From Mobula birostris (taxonomy: Eukaryota), in NCBI RefSeq assembly GCF_030028105.1, contig NC_092378.1:63133107-63197106 (forward strand): a DNA stretch of 64,000 bases. Reading direction: 5' to 3'. Each line of letters starts with the position of its first letter. Position 1 is the first letter of the stretch. A program made the translations under genes and the position numbers. This document shows, piece by piece, positions 49,801-62,275 of this stretch. The notes beneath the pieces are model-generated. The model was not told the origin of the DNA. It was given only the letters and a program-made list of their open reading frames with translations, and did not search any database.

Positions 49801-52800
49801 CACAGAGAGGGAGAAGTGAGACTAGGGATTTGAAACAAGGATAGGTTTTTAAGATCAAGATGTAACTTGTGTGCAGCTGAATTAGCAAACCCAATGGCAT
49901 TTAGTGAATGGGACCTGAGGAGCAAGTTTTTTTTAATGGTCTCAGCTTCACCCAGGATAAAATGAGGGGGAAAAATGGGCTGGAATGTTCTAGAATAGTT
50001 CAGATGTAAAAACAAAGAAAAATATTTTAGCAGATTAGCTTGAATAAGGAAGAGCCTAACAATTATTATAGAGGTGAAGATCAGTCAACAGTGAATTACA
50101 GATATGTGGCCTGTAGCTTCAGCTTCAGAATAAAATCAAAGTACTAAGCAGTCTGACATAGCCTCTGATGGTTCCCCAAAGAAGATATAATGAACTAGAA
50201 AATGGAGTTCGTGATGGGGACTAAAGATAATGTATTTGGTACTGTATTACAGATAACCAGCCTTTCAATTTCAGTTGACTATGAAGGAGTGGTAGTGAGG
50301 AAAACTTGGGTTACACTGCAGTACATGTTCAGGTTGACCCTACATCTCTGGATGACATTACAAGTGAGAAGGAGGTGGGGATAGATCCTTCCGATGTCAT
50401 CAAAACTACCAGGTGTGGAAACAGAAAGAGCAAATAGTATAGACTACTACTGTGTAGATAAGAACAGAGCCACAGGTCCCGTCCTACCCAGTCAAACAAG
50501 AACAAGACAAAGTATTGGAGGAGATGGTACACTGGACTTGTCATCGTTTGCAGATAGGTGAAGAAAAATGAGGAAGGAAGATTTTCTTTTAACATAATCA
50601 TATAGGATGTCAAGTGATTTTTAAGAGAGCTTTGGTTCTGTGACAGGGGTGAAAACTTGATTGGAGGGGATCAAATGCAATTAAACCTGATCTCCACATC
50701 CAGTCCTGTCTCTTGAACAAAAATGACAAGGTCCATTATTAAGGATGTGTCGCTAGGTACTTGGAGGCACATGATAAAATAGGCCAAAGTCAGCATGGAT
50801 TCCTTAAGGGGAAATCTTGCCTGACAAATCTCTTGAAACTCTGAGGAAATAACAGGCAAAGATAAACAAAAGAGAGTAAATGAATGTTTACTTGGATTTT
50901 CAGAAGGCCTTTGACAAGGTGCCCCACTTGAGGTTACTTAAGATAGAGCCCATGGTATTACAGGAAAGATAGAAGATTGGCTGACTGGCAGAAGGCCTTT
51001 TCTGGTTAGTGGAATTATGTAGGGGTTGGTGTTAGACCGCTTCCTTTCACCCTAATAATTTGGATGACGGAATTGGTGGCTTTGTGGCCAAGTTTACAGA
51101 TGACTAGCAGATGGAATACAGTGTCGGAAAGTATATGGTCATGTACTTTGAAGGAATAAAGGCATAGTCTATTTTCTAAACGGGGAGAAAATTCAAAAAT
51201 CATTGGTGCAAAGGGTCTTAGGAGACCTCATCAGAATTCCCTAAAGGTTAACCTGCAGGTTGAGTCAGTAGTATGGAAAGCAAATGCAATATTAGCATTC
51301 ATTTCAAGAGGAATAGAATATAAAAGAAAGAATATAATCCTGAGGCTTATAAGGCATTGGTCAGACCACACTTGGAATATTGTGAGCAGATTTGGGCCCT
51401 TTATCTAAAAGATGTGCTATCATAGGAAAGGTTCCAGAGAATGATTCAGGAAATGAAAGGGTTAACATGAGTATTTGGTGGCGCCTGGCTTGTACTTGCT
51501 AGAGTTTAGAAGAAGGCTGCTCCTATGTCTTTTAGTCTTATATTCATGGAATAGTGATGAATGCAGGTTATGAGGTTAATTTGGAGGGAGAATTTAAGGG
51601 ATGATTGAAAGACAATGAATTCAAGGGGGAAAGTACTCAAACCTGTGTTCCTTGAACTAGTTATCTCCAGATTTAATTCCATCACAGTTTGCATCCTGTC
51701 TTCAGCTGCCAGTGCCTTGATACATTCCTCTGTACATCTGGCTACTCTCTTTTCCTGTTAAGATGATGCTTAAAAGCTGTCTTCAACCAAATCTATTTTA
51801 GTGTCTCCTTGCACAGCATGGTGTAGATTTTTTTTTGTTTGTTGTGATCTTGGGAACTGTGTTGGGACATCTGATAAATACAATATTTTGTTAGTTGTAG
51901 AACAGCAGCTGTAGTTTCTCTAAACAGGCTTCTCCTAAGGCACAGGGAAACCCAGGTGTTTCCTTACTCTAATGGTGTAAATTGCAATCATCACATATGC
52001 AATTGTTAGTTGGGGTCAGCCATGGATGTGGCATCCCAGCTGTCTATGTAATACAGGGGTCCCCAACCTTTTTTGCACTGTGGACCAGTTTCATATTGAC
52101 AATATTCTTGCGGACCGGCCGATCGGGGGTAGGGGAGGTGCAGGTAGGGTTGCCAACGGACAAGCGTAGCAGTCAAATACGTTGAGCTTACCCCGAAAAG
52201 ACTACAATGGCCATGAAGCCTTGCGCGGGCACCAGTGCGCATGCGTGATTTACGCATGCATGTACGTGCCGATTCTTTCTACAAATCATTTTTGGCGATT
52301 CAGTTCGGGGGATCGGAGGGGTGTTAATCATGACGGGAATATAGGTGATAAGTGGCTAATACACTCAATTTCGTTTCTAAAAGGGTTTATCTAACGAATT
52401 TAATATTAAACACACAGCGCATATTTTCCTCGCATGAATATAGTGATAAGTCAATTATCAGGGGAGGACAGGGGAGCTTGAAGTAAGTGTTGAACGAACT
52501 TCCAGTAGAAGTGGTAGAGACAGGTTCAATATTATCATTTAAAGAAAAATTGGACAGGTATATGGACAGGAAAGGAATGGAGGGTTGGGGGCTGAGTGCA
52601 GGTTGGTGGGACTAGGTGAGAGTAGCGTTTGGCACCGACTAGAAGGGCAGAGATGGCTTGTTTCCGTGCTGTAATTGTTATATGGTTATATAAGTAAGTC
52701 AATAGCATCATAACATTTTAAGTAACGTTTGGATATTAAACACACAGCACATATTTTCCCCGTATGAACCTATAGAATCATTGCAACACACCAATATCAC

Positions 52801-55800
52801 TGAATCAGTGGGAGCCCTGGGCTTGTTTTCCTGCAACAAGACGGTACCATCAAAGGGTGATGGGAGACAGCGATACTCAAAGGGGGTTCCTTATGTCCAG
52901 TCTATTCCGCAATTTGGTTTTCGTTGCATTCATTGCAGAGATATATTGGAAATGGAAGCAACGTTTTCAGTGCTTTCCTGGCTATCTCAGGATATTTAAC
53001 CTTGACTTTGATCCAGAATGCCGTCAGAGATGTTAGCTCAAATATACTTTTCAGCCGGCCATGACTTGCAACCTCGAGGAGTTGATCTTCTTCCCGTGCT
53101 GACGTGGATGACGCGCGGGTAATGACCTCGCGTGCGCTCAAGCTCAACAATGGGTGTGACAAGGAATGAGGAAAGGTGCAGCTGACTCCTATCGCCAAAT
53201 CATATCGTTTCCTCGCGGCCTGGTAGCGCATGCTTTGCAGCCCGGTGGTTGGGGACTACTGATGTAATACGCAAACTGGGGCAGTATGATTATGGAGAGC
53301 AACTGTTGCCCTTGTAGGAGGTTTCCCCTCTCTACACAGCTGATGAATCCAATGGGATGACAGAGACTGATAGTTTGGCATCAGAGGCAGTCAGCATTAA
53401 GCTCAATGTAGGACTGCCTTAGGGACTTCAGCTCAGGAATCTTTCTTGTGGTTCACCCTTAAAACCTTCCCTATGGGTGGATATAGCCAGAAGGCAGTGG
53501 AGGTTTGATCGGAGTTTTCCTTCTCCTAGATGAGCTACCAGCCAAGGATGGAGAGTCCCATCTGCCCAAGCACTGGTAATCCAGCTTTGCCCCTTCTGTC
53601 AGTTTTTGACATTGGTTTGATTCAATCATTTAAACCTTGGGCTAGTATCTTGAATGAACTTCTTTGTCTTAAATATTTTGAACAAAAATTCCATAGGAAG
53701 CCTTCAACTCAAGGAGGACTTCAGCTAGGTCCAGGATAACATACAGATCGGAAATGGAAGCTTATCCTTGGCTTTCCCCTTTTTAGTACGGGGAGTGCTC
53801 ATTGGTGAGAGTATTGGGCTCAGCTGTAGTGATCTCAGTGTGGAATGTATTGCTGAACAGTATCATTGTTGATTAAAAGTATTGGCCAGCACCAGTAAAA
53901 TCTTCAGGGATGTTGCAGAGAACTTTGTGCATAATAATCACACGCAGTTGTAATAGATGTGTTCAACACAAAATCAAGTCCCTTAGCCAACTTTTTCCAT
54001 GCTAGAGATGCAGTCTTAAGATGAATCTGATAATATAACATACAACTGTCCTATGCTGACCATGGTGCCCACCTAAGCTAGTCAGTCCCATGTGATCCAT
54101 ACCCCTATAAACCTTTCCTATCCATGTATTTATGCAAATATCTTTTAAACGTTGCTATTGTTAATGAAGAAAGCCAATTATTGGGTATTTTAGTTTTGTA
54201 TGTTTTCATTACATACGAATTATAATTAACTTTTCAATATGTACTGAGCTTGTTGTCTGTTTTAGATTGGAATTAATCCCGGGTTGATGGCTGCATACAA
54301 AGGACATCATTATCCTGGACCTGGAAATCATTTTTGTAAGTTCTTGAATGGCTCAGCAACACTGGTGGATATTAAATCTTGCAGATGTTTTGTATTTGTT
54401 GGGAGTGACACGCTTTCAGAAATGGAATATTTAGGTTTCTGAGGTGTTACCTGAATTTATTTTAAAATATGTATATTCAAACTCATTTTTCTGCTTTTTT
54501 TCTACAGGGAAGTGCTTATTTATGTCTGGTCTTATTGATGTGCCTTTAAATCACATGGATGATGCTTCTTTACCAGAGAAATATGGAATTGGTTTCACAA
54601 ACATGGTGGAGAGAACTACTCCAGGAAGCAAAGACCTTAAAAGGTGACTAATGAATGTGAAGTAGTTTCTGATTTGTAGTTTTGCTTAAAATGAAAATTT
54701 AATTTCTATTTTTATTTCAGTAAAGAGATTCGGGAAGGAGGAAAAATACTTCTGCAAAAACTGCAGAAATATAAGCCACGGATTGCTGTTTTTAATGGAA
54801 AATGTAAGTGCAAATTTGAAGTAGTAAAATCAGATTGAGTTTGGCTCTGGCTATAAATTCATATCTGAAATTATGTTGGAAAGGCAGGAGAATGGTGTGG
54901 AGAAGGATAATAAATCAGCCATATGGAACGATGAAGCAGACTCGATGGGCCAAATGGCTTCTTCATCTTATGGAAATTATTTGTGTGTGTGTAGTAGAGA
55001 ATACGACCTAGTGGTGGCTTTAACGTTCCTAGATCGTGCTCAGGACAGAAGAAAATGCATTTGCACCAACGGGGAAAAGAGTATAATTTTATCCCATTAA
55101 TTTACGCTGGATTTAAGATCACCCTCTAGGTAAAAAGCCACCTGACCATCTATACTTTCTGAGGGATATGGATTTAATCCTTAAATCATTAGTTTAGAAA
55201 GATCCTCAAGCCCCTCATTTTGACAAATCTATACATTCTAATTCATCAGACAGAAAAGTAATGTTTAGGTCAAAGTGTCCGTTGGTATTGATGAAGGGAT
55301 TCTGTTGAAAAGCATCAGCACTTCAGAAATGGATGACTAGAATTCAGCTTGTTAATTTGGTGACTATATTAAATTTGATTCTACTAATCATTTATTACAG
55401 GCATTTATGAAATATTTAGCAAGGAAGTGTTTGGAGTTAAGGTCAAGAATTTGGAATTTGGGCAACAGCCACACAAGATTCCAGAAGGAGAAACCGTAAG
55501 CATATTACCCAACCTTATTGCATATAGAATTCATCTGAAATCCCACTTCCAGTTTTCTCTTTCATTCCTATCTTGCTGCCATATCTTCACATAATAAATA
55601 TCATTAACTAATGAGCTTCATCTGTTGCTGCTGTACCCTATAGCAAAAATCTGCTGCTTTGTCTTCATTTAGGTTGTATGCATTCTGGAAGCATTTGTTT
55701 TAGAAATAACATAATTTTAAACTGGCGGTGAGAGTTATCAAGAGGATTCAGAGAGGTTTCAGGGTACTGAGACAGACTAAGTGAATGAGTGAAAATATGA

Positions 55801-58800
55801 CAGGTGAACTATACTGAGGAAAATGTACTTTGGTGAGAAAATAATTGTGTTTTTCCACTTAGGAAGCCAAATAGAATGTTGGTCTTTATTAGAACAGGAT
55901 TTAAAAATAGAAACTTATTGTGGCAATTAAATCAAAGAGTGCACCTGAAATGTGTATACAGCTCTTAAACATGGGATTCTGTAGGTGCTGGAAATCTTGT
56001 GGAGTTTCACTGGAGGAACTCAGCAAGTCAGGCAGCATCCATGGAGAGAAATAAGCAGTGGACATTTCTGGCCAAGACACTTCAGTGAAGAGATGACAAA
56101 GCCTCCACAAGGTTGACACATCTGCACTGAACTGTGGCTGTGGCCTGCAACTATCACAGTGTGAACTCACTTTTGTGAACTTCAGTTCTGAATGCTATTT
56201 GTTTTCTTTTATTTGCACTTTTTATCCCTTTTTTTTACTTCTGCATGTTGGGTGTTTGATAGTGTTCTTTTGTTTTAATGGGTTCTATTGGGTTTCTTTG
56301 TCGCTGCCTGTAAGAAGGTGAATCTCAAGGTTGTATTATATACATACTTTGGTAATAAATGTACTTTGACCTGACTTTGATCAAGACTGGAAAGGAAAGA
56401 AACATAAGTCAGATTAAAAAGGGAAGGAGGGGAGACACCAGAGGGTGGTGTTTCACAGGTGAGTAGAAGAGAAGGGGTGCGAGTGTAACCAGAATTGGGA
56501 ATGAGAAAAGAGAAGGTGGGAGGGAGAGAAATTACTGGAGGTTGGAGAAGAAATCCTGTATAGATCTGGTTTCTCTGGCTAAGGAGTACCTATCTGCAGT
56601 AGAAGGATTGATCAATGTTTTATTATGAAGGAAATCATGTGACATGGGGTCAGTCCAGGAAAGTGGGTTGAAATGAAGGATCATTTGTGATTTTACTGAA
56701 TGGCTGATGGGGCATTGAGAGTTGAATGGCGTCTTTTCTGCTTATATTTCATGTAAATTCATGTTTGGTTTTCAGTTTGGAATTGTGGTCCATTGTCTAT
56801 TTTCTTACTCAGAGAATCTGTTGCCTTGTTTGAAACCTGAACTCCCCTGTGCTCAGGTGCTGAAAAAAATAATCTCAGGCGTTTTGCAACCCAGTGGTCT
56901 GACTTGGAATTCCCTTTGTTCTTTTTCTTGGGACTATTTCTGTCCCGGTGATCCACTAGTTTATCCTAATTAGTAATAGAATGATGCAGTTATACCCTGC
57001 CTTAGTTCTGTAGATTTTTGAATTGTTCATTTGTCCCCAAAGCATCCCCAATTACTTTTGATTCCTCTCTATCCAACAACATTTGTCAACTCAAATAAGA
57101 TTTCCAGCATTTTCCGGTTTTATTTCAAACTTACAGCATCTACAATATTATACTTTTCAAATTTTCAACATCTTGTTCAGTATCATCTTCCATCCATCTA
57201 TGAATCCCAGAATACTTAATTTACTTCTTGCTTCTTCCAGTACCTTTCCTGTATCTACTAAATTTCCCCAGTGCTTCTGATTTGCCTTGCCTTGTATCCA
57301 ACCCCAGGGTTCATTATTCTCTATATTTACATGCTATCCTTTTTCATCCTTTCAGTGTGCTATTGTCAATGCCAGATAGCCAAGGCACAACCTCACTTCC
57401 TTCTCCTTCAGTGGGTTTTCTGTAAGGGTAATTACATTAATGTAAATTTATTTTAAAGGTGATCTATGTCATGCCCTCTTCCAGTGCAAGGTGTGCACAG
57501 TTTCCTCGGGCCCAGGATAAGGTACATTATTATATCAAGCTAAAGGAACTACGAAATCATTTGAAAGGCATTAAGAATGCTCCAGAGGTCACAGAAGTTG
57601 AATACTCGTTTGATTTGCAAAAAGCTCAAGGTTAGTAATGCGGTTGCAATTCAAACAAACTCACTCAGATTGAAAATCTACATGGGGTCTAGATCAATAT
57701 TGCTTTTTATTCTTTTAATATGTAGACTTAACTTTCTCCATTTACCAATCATCCTATCATGTTCAGTTGCTTGGGAATAATCTGCTTAGGTCAATTATGC
57801 TTTCATATTAGAATGAAAGTAATAGTTTTAAATAGAATTGTATAGGGTGACACAGTAGCATAGCAGCTAGCATAACATTCACAGCGCCAACGATCAGGGC
57901 TTGTACACCCTCGCCATGACAGTGGGTTTCCTCCAGGTGCTCCAGTGTCCTCACACATTCCAAAGATGTATTGGTTAGGGTTAATAAGCTGCAGGCATGC
58001 TACATTGGCATCAGAAGCATGGCAACACTTCTGGACTTTCCCCGGCACTTCCTTGGACTATATTGGTCGTTGACGTAAACAATACATTTTACTGCACGTT
58101 TCGAAGTACTTGCAACAGATGAAACTAATCTTTTAAAAAAAAGTACAAAAACTGACATTAATCCAGAGTACAGTGTATGATTAAACCTCTGCAAAGATCC
58201 ATTGTAATTTTCATTTACATTGACAGGAAAATAAATCTAGTTTTCAAAGAATCTGCTTGCTATCCAGGAAACTTAAACAATTTTATCACTGTACAACTTT
58301 TGTATTGTGCTGTGTTCATCAAATAGAGCTTAAGTTCTTGTACCAGATAGACTGGTAGATTACACAAAAGTGCTAGTGCATTGATGCAGCCATCAACATT
58401 GTAAACCTGGGGATTGATGTTGTATTAGGAACCTCTGCTCTTTTAATAATGTACAAAGCCCACGATTTAGTATTTGGTTAGGGTAATTCAAGGTCAATTA
58501 AGCCCAGCCAGCTTCCAATCTGGACACCAAGATATTCTGCAGATGCTGGAAATCCAGAGCAGCACGCATAAAATGCTGGAGGAGCTCAGCAAGTCAGGTA
58601 GCATCTATAGAAATGAATAAACAGTCGACGTTTCATGCTGGGACATGACACTACATCAGGACTCAATCTGAACTCTTTATTACTTACTTCAATAACAAAA
58701 GGATATCTAATTGGATAAAGCTAGCTCCAATAATTTCCTTAGCTGACTGGTAAAGCCAAGTGGTTGTTTCATTAATGTGTAATTAGAGAAAGAACTACTG

Positions 58801-61800
58801 TCAAATAAGGATGCATATCAGAGATTCCTCAAAGAAGAATATGCCCAAATAAACCGGTGAATTAAAATTGTAAACATGGGTGACCATGCATTATGTTTGG
58901 TTAACAGAAATTTGTCTTTAAGGAATTCACAAATCACTGCATAGAAATCTGATATGTGGAATAAAATTTACTCTCTCAGAATTTGTCAATTTTTATTTTA
59001 TTCTCTGCTGACATTTCTTGGTGCACGTGCTGGTGGTGTTACTTCGAATTATGGAAAATTGTGGTGCGGGCCATTTTCTGGAAATGTGACTCCTCAATCA
59101 CACCCCATAATACAGGGTCACCTTACTGAGATTTTCTGTTTTCTGTCCAGTTGATGTTTGATGTTGTTTTATTGATTTGTTCAATTCCCATTTGTTGGCC
59201 AAGTGCAAAATCCCCAACCTTCCCATCTTAATGGTCCACATTGATCAAGTTCTTGCTCAGGCCACAGCCTAACTGGGAGTTGACTTTTTAGTTTTCATTG
59301 TTTAGGGAACAAAGAGATTTCAATAATTTTAAAATTCTCCTTTCAGCGGAAGCAAAGAAAATGGCAATCAAAGAGGAAAAGTATGACCCTGGCTATGAAG
59401 CTGCTTATGGTGGTGCCTACCTTGAAAGAACTGCTGAAAGCAATGGGCAATGCAATTTTGCTGCTACTGAACCAGGTAAGTCACAACATAATCAATGCTT
59501 TGGAGCAAATTTGTTGAGTAATTTATTTCATTCAAATCCAGCTATTTTGTACCTAAGGGATAAAAAGGTTGTAGGCTGCACGAAAAGAGCAGACAACACA
59601 GACTCAAGCACAAGGAATTCTGCAGATGCTGGAAATTCAAGCAACCCACATCAAAGTTGCTGGTGAACGCAGCAGGCCAGGCAGCATCTCTAGGAAGAGG
59701 TACAGTCGATGTTTCGGGCCGAGACCCTTCGTCAGGACTAACTGAAGGAAGAGCTAGTAAGAGATTTGAAAGTGGGAGGGGGAGGGGGAGATCCAAAATG
59801 ATAGGAGAAGACAGGAGGGGGAGGGACGGAGCCAAGAGCTGGACAGTTGATTGGCAAAAGGGATATGAGAGGATCATGGGACAGGAGGCCCAGGGAGAAG
59901 GAAAAGGGGGAGGGGGGGGGAAAAAACCCAAAGGATGCTTCCATGTGAGGTGACACGTCACCTGTGAGTCGGCTGGGGTGATATACTGTGTCCGGTGCTC
60001 CCGATGGGCCTTCTATATATTGGCGAGACCCAATGCAGACTGGGAGTTCGTTTTGCTGAACACCTATGCTCTGTCCGCCAGAGAAGGCAGGACCTCCCAG
60101 TGGCCACATTTTAATTCCACATCCTATTCCCATTCTGACATGTCTATCCACGGCCTCCTCTACTGTAAAGGTGAAGCCACACTCAGGTTGGAGGAACAGC
60201 ACCTTATATTCCGTCTGGGTAGCCTCCAACCTGATGGCATGAACATTGACTTCTCAAACTTTGGCTAGTGCCCCACCTCCCCCTTGTACCCCATCTGTTA
60301 TTTATTTATATACACACATTCTTTCTCTCTCCCTCCTTTTTCCCCCTCTGTCCCTCTGACTATACCCTTTGCCCATCCTCTGGGTTCCCCCTCCCCCCCC
60401 CCCTTTCCCTTCTCCTGTCTTCTCCTATCATTTTGGATCTCCCCCTCCCACTTTTAAATCTCTTACTAGCTCTTCCTTCAGTTAGTCCTGACGAAGGGTC
60501 TCGGCCTGAAACGTCGACTGTACCTCTTCCTAGAGATGCTGCCTGGCCTGCTGCGTTCATCAGCAACTTTGATGTGTGTTGTTTGACAACACAGACTAAC
60601 AGGATTGCAAATGCAAACTCAATGGGCAGAATGGTCTTTCACCCTGTAACAATTCTGTGAATATCTCCTGTTCTAATAGCACGCAGGAAACGTGGACTGT
60701 TGACAATTATGTAAAACTTAGATAATTAAATCAATACAGCTAATTAGTGTCATTATAATTCAAAAGTTAGTGCAGGATACATGCTTTTTATTTAGCATTG
60801 CATATACTTCATAATAAAAAGTTTGTCAGCTGTATCAAAGAACAATTTGCTTGTAATTTCCTAATCACTGTATCATCAGCCTATGATCTCTCCAGACCTT
60901 TATATTTGTTGCCTTGTTACCCCTTTCCTAGGGTCCATTTGTGTCTTTGTAGAATAGTTGAGCAAATATTCATAGAACAATCTTCTGATATACCAATTAT
61001 TTTGGAAGCAGAAACATGAAAAGAAAGGACATTAATGACAAAACCACAGTAGTTTGGACTTAGTACTTCTTGAGCATTTCTCACTAATTTGCATTTGATA
61101 TGTGAGATGGTTTACAGATGTGTGAACACCTAGCGTTGATCAGGGCAATGGAATAGTATTCAGTGATACTACTATAGCTAGTCCCCAAGGTATTAAAGTA
61201 CTATGAAATACATAGTGGTATCACGTGCAATCATTAAATATGAAAAAGTATTCTAATAACAGAAATCAGTGGGGATGGGAATCAGAAAGAATAGTTTGTT
61301 TGATCAGGTTAGCCATGATCTTACTGAGTGGCAGATCAGAATTGGTGGAACTTGTGGTTTGTTCCTGCATCTGCCCCTGTCTCTGGTTCTTATTTCCTAA
61401 AGGAAATATAATAATATCTTCTTGTACAAGTCCCTGTCTTGTTTAAAATGTAAAGAAAAATCTGCTTTTAGAATAGAGTAGGGTGTCAACTGACCACCAT
61501 GAGCTTTCCTCGCCTTGTCTGGGACAGTGGAACTAGAATTCTGTAGCCTATGTGTGAAGGGGGTGGACTCCAAAGCTATAAAAAAGCCAGTGCAGTGAGG
61601 GAGTTGTCAATGTGCTTCCTAAGATGACTGTTCAGGCAGCTAGTATTGATCCAGTTAGTTTCTATTTCAAACGCATTTGGCAAATAACTCTTCTGATGCA
61701 GTACATAAATAATTTGAGGCATGATGTAGCAATTATAGATGTGTAGGAGCAAACGTGACATTAAATTTATGATCCTGGCAATTTTTTTGTCATTTGAGTG

Positions 61801-62275
61801 TGCTGTAGAGTAATTGATAAAGATTGGATTACCAACAACTTACTGTGTTGTGCTGGAAAGTATAAAACCAACTTTCTTTCCCCTTAAGCAGTTCCTGTGG
61901 TAATTTGAGTTTGAAAATATTGCACAAAACATTTTGAACTCCCGGGTGATTCCAGATAGATGCTTAATGTCTGTCTCGGAACAGGAAATGGACATTAAAA
62001 TTTTTGTGCATGAAAATTGCTAAAGATTAGTGACCTTAAAATGTTTTCACCTGGATTTTACAATTTCAGCTTGCAATTTTGATCTGTCAATGCTGCTTTT
62101 GCTATATCCTTGAACTTACCAGACTTGTTTTGTATCAGCAACCAGCAACTGCGAATTCAACGTGGACTCAACATTTTGTCAGGTTCCTGACGGCCAGTGG
62201 ATGACTCAGTCATTTGCTGATCAGATTCCTTCCATCAACAATTACTGTGCACAGCCTCAAGAAGGTTCATCATGA
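28530..62275 (+). CDS. TDG: G/T mismatch-specific thymine DNA glycosylase, 10 coding exons, 398 aa
   Basis: Exons 28530-28576, 28675-28769, 44002-44234, 54266-54335, 54508-54643, 54721-54803, 55401-55495, 57459-57630, 59347-59475, 62139-62275 (1197 nt, phases consistent). Catalytic [17 protein letters not shown] site IKEE, PIP degron QEKITDSF, C-terminal GQWMTQSF. Exons 1-2 are less certain (inferred from MEA start, Kozak context and splice phase). Confidence 0.93.
30107..30144 (-). ncRNA. Minimal type I hammerhead ribozyme (PLE pLTR)
   Basis: Minus strand tagtc-CTGACGA-agg(gtctcgg)cct-GAAAC-GTC-gactg: stem I, conserved core, stem II and a loop-less palindromic stem III. Confidence 0.8.
30436..32041 (-). 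pseudogene. Inverted second copy of PLE RT/GIY-YIG (frameshift in poly-C near 30940)
   Basis: ORFs 30759-32111 and 30436-30762 duplicate the C-terminal ~530 aa of the forward ORF. Confidence 0.9.
32042..34653 (+). CDS. PLE polyprotein (5'-truncated): reverse transcriptase + Cys linker + GIY-YIG endonuclease
   Basis: Uninterrupted frame of ~870 codons: [41 protein letters not shown] linker, [18 protein letters not shown], end LQPDGMN. The annotated start lies in the inverted arm, so the native N-terminus is missing. Confidence 0.85.
35131..35229 (+). mobile_element. Second, ~100-bp PLE 3'-end insertion in the 5' LTR
   Basis: 14-bp TSD TTGTACTAGTGCTA (35117-35130 / 35230-35243); short inverted CACACACAT followed by the PLE 3' end and tail. 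Confidence 0.9.
35383..35400 (+). promoter_or_regulatory. Primer-binding site, tRNA-Arg(ACG)
   Basis: TGGCGAGCCAGCCAGGAG, 3 nt after the LTR end; the complement of the recalled 3' 18 nt of vertebrate tRNA-Arg-ACG (CTCCTGGCTGGCTCGCCA). Confidence 0.9.
35638..36050 (+). repeat. ERV leader tandem array, 7 x ~59 bp, G-run rich
   Basis: Units start at 35638, 35697, 35756, 35814, 35873, 35932 and 35991; no unique spacers. Confidence 0.95.
36590..37478 (+). pseudogene. gag: ERV gag (MA/p12 region; truncated at start of capsid)
   Basis: MGQTLDKG myristoylation start, W..GGTWD matrix motif, PSAP and PPPY late domains, QF/PLRTV capsid start; several stops and frameshifts. Confidence 0.85.
37479..39588 (+). 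pseudogene. pol: ERV pol remnant: RT connection, RNase H, integrase
   Basis: [41 protein letters not shown] (RNase H), [25 protein letters not shown] (integrase, GPY/F-like); multiple stops. Confidence 0.92.
39670..41111 (+). pseudogene. env: ERV env remnant: signal peptide, Cys-rich SU, furin site, TM mostly deleted
   Basis: Hydrophobic [11 protein letters not shown] leader, Cys-rich region, RLKR, Gly-rich [15 protein letters not shown], stop just before the PPT; frameshifts near 39960-40000. Confidence 0.8.
41130..41561 (+). repeat. 3' LTR (432 bp, uninterrupted)
   Basis: TGTGTAAG...TGGACA, preceded by the PPT; TATAAA ~41399, AATAAA 41489. Confidence 0.95.
42288..43790 (-). mobile_element. 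Degenerate Rex/Babar-type LINE
   Basis: [32 protein letters not shown] and [11 protein letters not shown] in minus-strand ORFs. Confidence 0.85.
44275..44740 (-). mobile_element. Rex/Babar-type LINE 3' end
   Basis: Same 3' tail and terminal coding region as 42288-42800. Confidence 0.7.
45985..47092 (+). mobile_element. 5'-truncated Rex1-type LINE
   Basis: [43 protein letters not shown]; (CAATT)n tail. Confidence 0.88.
48262..48770 (-). mobile_element. CR1-type LINE fragment
   Basis: [30 protein letters not shown] and a CR1 tail. Confidence 0.75.
48830..49445 (+). mobile_element. Old Rex-type LINE 3' fragment
   Basis: [13 protein letters not shown]-like and LPSGRR-like motifs; aataaactgaa tail. 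Confidence 0.55.
50726..51520 (+). mobile_element. CR1-type LINE RT fragment
   Basis: [27 protein letters not shown] and LVRPHLEYC motifs, degenerate. Confidence 0.8.
52054..53261 (-). mobile_element. hAT (Charlie/Buster-like) non-autonomous transposon
   Basis: TIRs CAGGGGTCCCCAACC / GGTTGGGGACTACTG, perfect 8-bp TSD ATGTAATA, minus-strand hAT dimerisation-domain fragment ([24 protein letters not shown]). Confidence 0.92.
57845..58135 (+). mobile_element. V-SINE/HE1-like SINE
   Basis: tRNA-like head plus V-SINE core gggtttcctccaggtgctccagtgtcctcacacattccaaaga. Confidence 0.65.
58533..58663 (-). mobile_element. Older PLE-family pLTR remnant
   Basis: ttctgcagatgctggaaat...gctggaggagctcagc...cagtcgacgtttc...catcagga; related remnants at 14397-14540 and 55975-56085. 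Confidence 0.6.
59605..60584 (-). mobile_element. Penelope-like element with inverted arm (TDG intron 9)
   Basis: 13-bp TSD GACAACACAGACT (59592-59604 / 60585-60597); tail-bearing minus arm to ~59930, then a plus arm with a GIY-YIG fragment and pLTR lacking the tail. Confidence 0.92.
60483..60520 (+). ncRNA. Minimal type I hammerhead ribozyme, sense to TDG (intron 9)
   Basis: tagtc-CTGACGA-agggtctcggcct-GAAAC-GTC-gactg, intact core. Confidence 0.8.
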
